Shown: positions 36,772-43,759 of the stretch, in pieces
Layout of the letters: each line of letters begins with the position of its first letter
Numbering within the stretch: the stretch's first letter is position 1
From: a virus
Taxonomy: Duplodnaviria; Caudoviricetes
Strand: one strand, 5' to 3'
Virus record (IMG/VR): IMGVR_UViG_3300032286_001250
Coordinates: 1 to 52,226 of that record
Length of the DNA: 52,226 bases
The notes under the pieces: generated by a model
Database searches by the model: none
Told to the model about the DNA's origin: nothing
Seen by the model: only the letters and a program-made list of their open reading frames with translations
Program-made: the position numbers and the translations under genes

Positions 36772-38055
36772 TTACTTGGTGGCGGTGAGAGGACGCTTCC
36801 AGGCTTCCGCTTGCCGTTGCCGGTAAGCCGAGACCGGCTGGTCGGCGTCGTGACGCTGCGCTCCGCGCAGGGCGGTGCGAAGGCGGGAGGTGTGGTCGAC
36901 CGCGTCGCCGCGCTCGTCTTCACCGTCCTCGTCGTCTTCCTCTTCGTCGTCACCTTCCTCGTCTTCGAGGTCGTCCTCGGAGTCGTAGTGGGCGGCGAGC
37001 AGGCCGTCGACCACGCCGTGGACGTATTCGTCGCTGGCGTCGTCGGAGGGGGAGGAACCGGTCAGGTTCTCGAAGGCTTGGGCGTAGAGGTCGTCGTCGC
37101 CGATGCCGTCGAACTTGAAGTCAGGCTCGAAGGCGGGGGACAGGCGTTGAAGGGTGGAGAGGCGGGCAGCGACCAGTTGGTCGAGCTCCAGGGCGTCGAT
37201 GCGAGAGGCGCCTTCACCGTCGCTGTTCCCGAGAGCGTTCTCGAGGGCGTCGGCGCGGCCTTCGGCGGATTCCTTTTCGGTGGCGAGGGTTTCGAGTGCT
37301 TCCTCCAGCTCGTCAACCCTGGCTTGCAGGGCTTCGTTGTCGGAGGTGGCGGCCTGCAGCTGGCGTCCCATGTCCCTGGCGAAGGACTGGACCGCCGTAG
37401 CTGCTTCCGCGGGCAGATCGATCTCCAGGCCGTCGAGTTTGACGGTAGCCATGAGGGGAGATGCAGTTGGATTGATGGGTGACACCGAGTCGTCCTCGTG
37501 CTCGGCCACGGCGTCAGCCGCATCCATGCGATCGAGGAGAAGTCGAACCTCAGGGCCGGCACGGCCTCGGGGGACGATGGCGATGTGGTTGACCCTGATG
37601 TTGCGCTGGACGCCGTCGTAGGACTCGCCCTCGGGGGTGAATCCGGGGGTGGGGTCGAAGTCGACCTTGTAGCCGGCGGAGACCTCGGTGGCCTCTTTGC
37701 GCTTGATGCGCTCGACGGAATCTGCGTCGGTGACGACGAGAGCCACTTCTACAAAGCCATCAGAGAACTTGACTTGGGAGCCGGATGTTCCCTTGCTGAA
37801 TTCGCTGGTGTTTGTTGCGTCGAGGAGGACCGGGGGGTGGGTCCACGTCACGGGTTTCATGCCGAACGTCGCGAGGGTGTCGGGGTTGCCGACTTCCTCG
37901 GGCGGGCGATATTCCCGGACCTGGGAGCCATCAGCACGCCGGTACAGCTGTGTGCCCGTGCGAGCCGCTCGACACCAGACCCTGAGGTAGCCCTCGGGGG
38001 TGGTTTCGCTCCTGGTGATAGGGGCGAAGTCGTAGCGGCAGACTGATGCGTCCAT
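36772..38055 (-). CDS. prohead protease/scaffold (DUF2213-like)
   Basis: TPEGYL...ARTG.Q.Y...PVT.THP...EVSAGY...QRNIRVNHIAIVPRGRAG, then an acidic coiled-coil scaffold. Confidence 0.88.
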   Translation of the reverse strand: MDASVCRYDFAPITRSETTPEGYLRVWCRAARTGTQLYRRADGSQVREYRPPEEVGNPDTLATFGMKPVTWTHPPVLLDATNTSEFSKGTSGSQVKFSDGFVEVALVVTDADSVERIKRKEATEVSAGYKVDFDPTPGFTPEGESYDGVQRNIRVNHIAIVPRGRAGPEVRLLLDRMDAADAVAEHEDDSVSPINPTASPLMATVKLDGLEIDLPAEAATAVQSFARDMGRQLQAATSDNEALQARVDELEEALETLATEKESAEGRADALENALGNSDGEGASRIDALELDQLVAARLSTLQRLSPAFEPDFKFDGIGDDDLYAQAFENLTGSSPSDDASDEYVHGVVDGLLAAHYDSEDDLEDEEGDDEEEDDEDGEDERGDAVDHTSRLRTALRGAQRHDADQPVSAYRQRQAEAWKRPLTATK

Positions 38056-38117
38056 AGGGACAGATTACGCACTTCAGCTGTGGGCGTTAGCCTTACCCGC
38101 AGAGCGGATACCGTTGC

Positions 38118-38333
38118 GTGGCGATTCACAGGCAGCTTGTAATGTGTCGACGACTGCGTGTACTACGTGAGGAGAAGTTGTTGACGCAGAGTGACGTTGC
38201 AGAGAAGCTGGGGGTTAGTCAGGCTGCGTATTCAAGGCTGGAGAAAGGTGAGATTGAGGTATCGCTGAATAAGCTGATCAAGTTGAGTGAGTTGTATGGG
38301 TTGTCGCTTGCGGTGTTGTTAGAGGGGGTTTAA
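38118..38333 (+). CDS. XRE-family HTH regulator
   Basis: LRVLREEKLLTQSDVAEKLGVSQAAYSRLEKG is a canonical HTH_3 sequence. Confidence 0.85.
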   Translation: MAIHRQLVMCRRLRVLREEKLLTQSDVAEKLGVSQAAYSRLEKGEIEVSLNKLIKLSELYGLSLAVLLEGV

Positions 38334-38342
38334 GTTTTAGCT

Positions 38343-39971
38343 TTATGTAGTGGCCACTGGTGTGCCGAAAGGTTTTTTGCGCTGAGCTGCAAGACGTGCC
38401 TGGCGTTCCGGTTTAAGGGCCATGAATAAGTTTGCTGGTTTAAGTCCCATATTTTTAGCACCTTGTCTAAATAGTGTTGGATCGTTCATGTTGACCTGTT
38501 CCATAACCTGGCGTTGGAATGTATTGGCGTTGGCGGTTAGTATGCGGCGGGTGAGGCCGGGGATACGAGGCTGATCAGCGCCACTAACAAAACGAGAACG
38601 GGGTTTGCGATCATCCCACAAAAGCTCGGTTTCAATCAGATCGTGAAAACGGTTGATGGCTAGTTCGTACTTGTCCCAAGACTTATTGTAATCACGGGCT
38701 TGCGCTTCTACATTGTTAAATACCCCGGAGTATCTTTTCTGAAAATCGGTGCTGTTTAACCCTACAAAGTCTGGAAGTCTGTCCAAGTCGTACATTATGT
38801 TTTCTACGCCATCGCGGTTGTGTGCTACATGGGGAGCGTCATCGATCTGAGTTGAGTATCCAAAATCAACTAACGCTATTCTTTTGGAACGATCATTAGC
38901 CAGTATATTGCCACCATGGATGTCACCGTGTGCCAAGCCTTCTAGGTGTAGCTTGCGGAACTCTCGCAACGCTTTGACTTTGATAATGAGTGGCGCGTTG
39001 CCTAGGTTGTAACCTCCATTGGAATACACATCCGAAATTTCTTTGTAACCCTGCATGTGCCGCAAGGTCAAAGTTTCTCTAGAATAGCCGTCAGCGCTTG
39101 TGCTGCTGTTTATGGCTAAGGGCTCCGGGACGTTGACTCCTGCAGCGTGAGCTTTGCTCAGTCTGTCGAACTCCCATTCGGCCATGCCTATGTCGGGGTC
39201 CGAGTCACGAAATAGCTTAATCCCGTACTTCTCAGAACTGTGAACGAAATATGTACCAAAAGCACCAGCCCCAGCTTGACAACGCGGTGTGGGCACCATT
39301 GCGTCGAATTTAGCTGGGGCTAGTGTCTTTCCCAGGCTGCCACCGCATTTAGCTTGGGTCTCTGCTTGACGTCTAGCATTTATCTTTTCTTGAACTTCCC
39401 ACTTGTGATCGTGGGCTAAAGCCTCGTCAATAATGCGCTGATTCTCTTCGGGAGAGAGCTTGGGTGTATTGCGTGGGTTTTTAGGCGACTGACGCCACTC
39501 GTCCATGCTTTGGAATTTACGTTTTGCCAAATAAGCACCTCCAGCAATAGCTCCAGCGACAAGAGCGATTTTAGCTGCAGTTACGCCTGCGTTGTTAGTG
39601 GTAGTTCCCGCACCCTTACCGCATTTGTAGCCTTTGGGGATGTGTGAAGCCCCGCAGGGCTTGCCTTTGGCGGCCTCGGGGGAATCCTGGCGCAGCCGGG
39701 GTTTGCCTCCGGCGCCGTTGCGGGCGCGGTTGGTGGAGGGGGCTTCAAGGGTTGTGCCCCCCGAGGACGTGTGAGAGATGTCGGGGCCGCCTTTGCTGTA
39801 GATGCCGCGCCGGCGGCGCTCACGGTTCAGCGCGACACGCCGGTCGACTTCGTTGGGCTGGCGGTTGATGGCCGCCTGGTGGCGCACCTTGCGACGGCGG
39901 GCCTTGGGGTGGGTGCGGTAATAGGCCGTGGAGTCGCCCTCGGGGGCGTCGATCGTTACCAGGCCGAGGAC
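38343..39971 (-). CDS. protein-kinase-like domain protein, probably the -1 frameshift extension of 39956..40957
   Basis: GAGAFG, IKLF, WEF, HGDIHGGN and DFG kinase motifs, preceded by CGASHIPKGYKC and a hydrophobic helix; the only early start is a GTG (40025) inside the upstream gene. Confidence 0.75.
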   Translation of the reverse strand, partial: VLGLVTIDAPEGDSTAYYRTHPKARRRKVRHQAAINRQPNEVDRRVALNRERRRRGIYSKGGPDISHTSSGGTTLEAPSTNRARNGAGGKPRLRQDSPEAAKGKPCGASHIPKGYKCGKGAGTTTNNAGVTAAKIALVAGAIAGGAYLAKRKFQSMDEWRQSPKNPRNTPKLSPEENQRIIDEALAHDHKWEVQEKINARRQAETQAKCGGSLGKTLAPAKFDAMVPTPRCQAGAGAFGTYFVHSSEKYGIKLFRDSDPDIGMAEWEFDRLSKAHAAGVNVPEPLAINSSTSADGYSRETLTLRHMQGYKEISDVYSNGGYNLGNAPLIIKVKALREFRKLHLEGLAHGDIHGGNILANDRSKRIALVDFGYSTQIDDAPHVAHNRDGVENIMYDLDRLPDFVGLNSTDFQKRYSGVFNNVEAQARDYNKSWDKYELAINRFHDLIETELLWDDRKPRSRFVSGADQPRIPGLTRRILTANANTFQRQVMEQVNMNDPTLFRQGAKNMGLKPANLFMALKPERQARLAAQRKKPFGTPVATT

Positions 39972-40957
39972 TTTCCCGGCGTGAGCGCGGCGTCGCGGCG
40001 GCTGGTTTTGCCCGAGCACTTCCACTTGGCGCGGGAGAGGCAGAGGGGGGTGTTGCGCTCGGCGCCGGAGCAGTCGTAGCCCTCGGATTTCATGTCGCCG
40101 AAGGAACGGGCGCAGTAGTTATCGCCCTTGGAGGTGCCGGGGGCGATGGTGTAGCCCTTGGCGCCGTAGCGGACCTTGTTTTTGCGGCCGGTCTTGGGGT
40201 TGGTGACGACCTTGGTGTACTTCTTGCCGTCCTCGGTGTCCTTCTGAGCTTGGGCCTTTCTCAAACCTGAGGAGGTTGGGACGCAGTTGGGTACTTCGCG
40301 CTTGCCCTTGCGCTTCGTGCCAGCCTGAACGTAGCCCTCCCAGCAAGCATCGTTGCGCGAGATGGGGAAACTGCGGAGTAGCCGGGGGGTGAGGAGAGCG
40401 TCGCCTCGTGGGGTGTCTGAGAAGCGGGGCTTGCGGTAGCCGGGTTCGTAGCGGCGGCGCAGCTTCTCGATGGTGAGGTTATGCCGGCGCACACCGCTGC
40501 GGACGGAGGCACGGGCGGCTTTGCCGGACTTGTGCATGGCCGAAGCCACGGCGACGGTGCGCTCGATCTCGGCCTGGGCTGCCTTGGAGATGGCCTGCTC
40601 CGCTTCGCGGTTGGCGGACTGAGCAGCCTTGTGGAGGCGTTCAGTCTTGGACGGTGGACGCATCGTGGCGAGGGGGCCGTCCTCAGGGAAGCGCATCGAA
40701 GGTGGCTTGGCCGTGGCGCGGTGGACGGCCTCGGTGACACCCTGCTGTGCGGCGCGGCGGGCACGGCCGGGAGCGTTGAAGATGGCCTTGCGGGATCCCT
40801 TGAACAAGAGCGCACCGCCGACGGCGCCTGCGGTGAGGCCGGCGGCCAGGGCCGCTCGGCGAGGGATGGCGCCACCCTTGTGGCATGTCTTTCCCTGGGC
40901 GATGGCGCCCTGGCCACACTTCAGGTCGAGGCGGAGGGTGGAGGGGGTCAGGCTCAT
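39956..40957 (-). CDS. basic modular head-region protein
   Basis: RLD-LKCGQGAIAQGKTC, hydrophobic helix, CWEGY..PNCVP and YCARS motifs; ends just after G_GGA_AAG. Confidence 0.75.
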   Translation of the reverse strand: MSLTPSTLRLDLKCGQGAIAQGKTCHKGGAIPRRAALAAGLTAGAVGGALLFKGSRKAIFNAPGRARRAAQQGVTEAVHRATAKPPSMRFPEDGPLATMRPPSKTERLHKAAQSANREAEQAISKAAQAEIERTVAVASAMHKSGKAARASVRSGVRRHNLTIEKLRRRYEPGYRKPRFSDTPRGDALLTPRLLRSFPISRNDACWEGYVQAGTKRKGKREVPNCVPTSSGLRKAQAQKDTEDGKKYTKVVTNPKTGRKNKVRYGAKGYTIAPGTSKGDNYCARSFGDMKSEGYDCSGAERNTPLCLSRAKWKCSGKTSRRDAALTPGKSSAW

Positions 40958-41397
40958 TGCAGGTTGGTCAGCTTGTAAAGCGTGGAGTCGATCAGCTTCT
41001 GGATCGTGTCGATCTCGTTCTGGATCTCGCTGTCGTTTGCAACAGCGCCGCGGGTGTTGCGGACGTAGTTGCTCAGGGCCGTGACGAAGGGGATCGGCTG
41101 GCCTGTGGGGATGGAAGGGCCGTCGGGGTAGCTGTCGAGGACGCCGTATTTGCCCTGGTAGGCCTCGATCAGACCGTCAGTGAGTTCCTCGAGCTCGGAG
41201 TAGAAGGTGCCGAGGGCTGAATGCTGGCTAAAGCTGCGGCTCTTCAGGTGGAGGAGGTGGCCTGTGGTGACGGCGTCGAGCAGGGTTTTGAAGAACTCCC
41301 CGGCGGCCTGGGGGTCGGTGTTGCCGGCCTCGGGGGAATCGTGGCGGGTGGTGGTGGGGGCGAAGCCGGTGGCCCAGACGGAGGAGGTGCGTGTCAC
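40954..41397 (-). CDS. ferritin/Dps-like four-helix protein (DUF5856-like)
   Basis: HLLHL.SRSFSQHSALGTFYSEL..LTD.LIEAYQGKYG...QNEID.I...LYKL. Confidence 0.75.
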   Translation of the reverse strand: MTRTSSVWATGFAPTTTRHDSPEAGNTDPQAAGEFFKTLLDAVTTGHLLHLKSRSFSQHSALGTFYSELEELTDGLIEAYQGKYGVLDSYPDGPSIPTGQPIPFVTALSNYVRNTRGAVANDSEIQNEIDTIQKLIDSTLYKLTNLQ

Positions 41398-41407
41398 AGC
41401 GGTGCCC

Positions 41408-42847
41408 TCAAGCGCCGATGCGTTGGAGTGATTGAGTCACTTCGCGGGCGTGCTTGTGGCGGAGGGCCTGCATCTCACTGCGTGAGGCGCCTTTGGTACG
41501 TGCTCGCTTCAGCTCGGCTTCTTGGCGCGGGCCGAGTTTACTCATCGCAGATTGAATCTTCGCGTTATTGGCTCGTCCTGCTTGATATTGACCGCGAATA
41601 GCCTTGCCGGTCTTATAGCCCAGAGCTTCGGATGCACCTCCCAGTGCGCCAACACCAGCGCCGTAGGCAGTACCGCCTGCCGCACCAAGGAGGGCACCCT
41701 TCACAGCACCGCGACCACCGCCGGTCAATGCGCCGATCGCAGCACCCCCGAGGGCACCACCGATAGATCCACCAATCGCGCCCTGTTTCACCCCGAGTTT
41801 CGCCATCTGCTTCACGCTGGATGGGTCTACACCACGCTTCACGTAGTAGGGATGGACGGTGTTAGTAAGTCCACCGAGCGCTCCACCACCTGTCCACCTG
41901 TTCTGTGTAGGGCCTCCGCCTGCACCTTTGTGGCACTTCTCGCCTTTGGAGATGGCGCCTGCACCACACTTGATGTCTTCGCGGATCAGGCCGTCGAAGA
42001 CGGCGGCGTCAAGGGTGAAGCCGTCGGCGTACATGGAGTCTGCCCACGGGCTCTTAATGCTCCCGCCAGGGCCGAGCTTCGGTTTGGGCATCGGCTTGTT
42101 GATACGGCGGTTGACCATGCGCTCTTTGTACAGCTTGTTCTTGCCGACTTCGAGACCGACTCGGGCTTTGCGTGCCCCGGTGGCGAAGCCGCTGCGGGCG
42201 CGGCCGAGACCTGAGCTGGCGGTGCGGCGGGCCATGCCCATACCGGTGCGGGCTTTGCGCATGCCGGTGGAACCGGCGGTGCGCAGGCGGGGGGCAGCTT
42301 TGCGCAGGGCAGAGCCGGCACGACGGAAGGCGCCGCTGCGGTGTCCGCCGTAGGCCAGGGCGGCGACGCCTCCGGCGATGGCGGCCCCGGTGGCCACCCG
42401 GCGTGCGGTGCTGCCGTTGTTCTGGCTCTGGCCGCCGGAGGAGCGGAAGTCTTGGCGGAGGGCGTCCTCGGTGTCGAGGCGGGCACGGATGTAGGCCTTG
42501 GGCTTGTTCTGGATCCCGAGGTCGCAGGCGTCGAGGTACTCCTGCGGGGAGAGGGCGTCGTTGTTCATGCGGGAGTTTTTGCGACCGGGGTTGTAGAGCT
42601 CGCCAGGTCCGGCGGAGGTGTCACCTTCCTTCTTGCCCGTGCAGGGTTTGCCAGCAGCGCAGGCGGAGCAGGAGCCGTCCTTGACGGCCTTGCGGCCACG
42701 ACGACCGCGGCGTCCTTTGGACATGGGGGGCATGTCTTCGGAGCCTTCGCGCATCTGCTCGTCGGGTGATTCTGTGGACTCGTCGTCCGGGGATTCACCG
42801 GCCTCGGGGGCTGAAGGCTTGGGGCGACGGCGCATTGCGGCGGGCAT
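41408..42847 (-). CDS. basic modular head-region protein with glycine zipper
   Basis: RLD, RQD and RED sites; CGAGAISKGEKC; two Gly/Ala hydrophobic stretches. Confidence 0.7.
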   Translation of the reverse strand: MPAAMRRRPKPSAPEAGESPDDESTESPDEQMREGSEDMPPMSKGRRGRRGRKAVKDGSCSACAAGKPCTGKKEGDTSAGPGELYNPGRKNSRMNNDALSPQEYLDACDLGIQNKPKAYIRARLDTEDALRQDFRSSGGQSQNNGSTARRVATGAAIAGGVAALAYGGHRSGAFRRAGSALRKAAPRLRTAGSTGMRKARTGMGMARRTASSGLGRARSGFATGARKARVGLEVGKNKLYKERMVNRRINKPMPKPKLGPGGSIKSPWADSMYADGFTLDAAVFDGLIREDIKCGAGAISKGEKCHKGAGGGPTQNRWTGGGALGGLTNTVHPYYVKRGVDPSSVKQMAKLGVKQGAIGGSIGGALGGAAIGALTGGGRGAVKGALLGAAGGTAYGAGVGALGGASEALGYKTGKAIRGQYQAGRANNAKIQSAMSKLGPRQEAELKRARTKGASRSEMQALRHKHAREVTQSLQRIGA

Positions 42848-42883
42848 GGGCGTAGGGCGTGTGCCCGAAAGCGTTGGCCCAGA

Positions 42884-43759
42884 TTATCGCTGTAAAGGAG
42901 TGGGGGTAATCTGCTCAAAACTTGCTGGCTTGTTCAGCGGTACGGTTTCAGGGAGACGTACAGCCTTCGCAACATCTTTCTTATGTGTTTCACGCATCTT
43001 CTCGTATTCGGGATCCATTGCATTGGTGTCTTCATCCCAGGGGGCCAAATAGCACCGGCAGCGGGGATGGATGGGAACTTTGACGTCTCCGCGTTTGTAG
43101 ATGTGGCCAGCACGAGGGGCACAGTATGGGCAGCTCCTGTCATCTGCAGTCGCGTAGTACATAACCTGCGAGATGCCGCGAGCTGCGTAGTAGGTGTCTG
43201 AAGCGTTGTTGTAGGCGCGAAGCGCCTCGGTGCGGACGATGACGTTGGCGCGGGACTTGACGATGCCGAGGCGGCTGCGCATGTCCTGGACCATGGCGTC
43301 AGTGGGCCGGCCTTCGGCAATGCCTTGGGCGACGGTGGTGGCAGCGGTTTCGGCGAAGGTCTGGCCGTGCTTGGCGAGGTAGCCACGGGCCTGCTTCGCA
43401 GCCTCGACGGTGGCCTCGATGGGAATGGAGACGTCGATGCGGCCGTGGCCGGGAAAAGCGGCCTCGGTGAGATCGTTGGCAATGGCCAGGCCTTGACCTT
43501 GGGCAGAGAGGGCGAGGTTTCGGAAGATTCGGTCATAGGCGTCGACCCGATCGGGGTTGTAGGCCGGGACCAGGAGGCGGAACTCGCGCAGCAGGGACAG
43601 GTTGCGCTGGGCCGGGTCGATGATGCCGGCCTTCATCTGGGCGCGGACACGGATCACCAGGCGGCGGAACGCTGCATCGAGGACACCGTTGAGGAGGCGG
43701 ATGGTGCCGTCCTCGGTGGTGCGCAGGAGTTCGTTGTAGCGCTCAATCAGGCTGGACAC
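42884..43759 (-). CDS. minor head protein (MuF / SPP1 gp7 family)
   Basis: RANVIVRTE..RAYN...DDRSCPYC...PIHPRCRC. Confidence 0.9.
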   Translation of the reverse strand: MSSLIERYNELLRTTEDGTIRLLNGVLDAAFRRLVIRVRAQMKAGIIDPAQRNLSLLREFRLLVPAYNPDRVDAYDRIFRNLALSAQGQGLAIANDLTEAAFPGHGRIDVSIPIEATVEAAKQARGYLAKHGQTFAETAATTVAQGIAEGRPTDAMVQDMRSRLGIVKSRANVIVRTEALRAYNNASDTYYAARGISQVMYYATADDRSCPYCAPRAGHIYKRGDVKVPIHPRCRCYLAPWDEDTNAMDPEYEKMRETHKKDVAKAVRLPETVPLNKPASFEQITPTPLQR

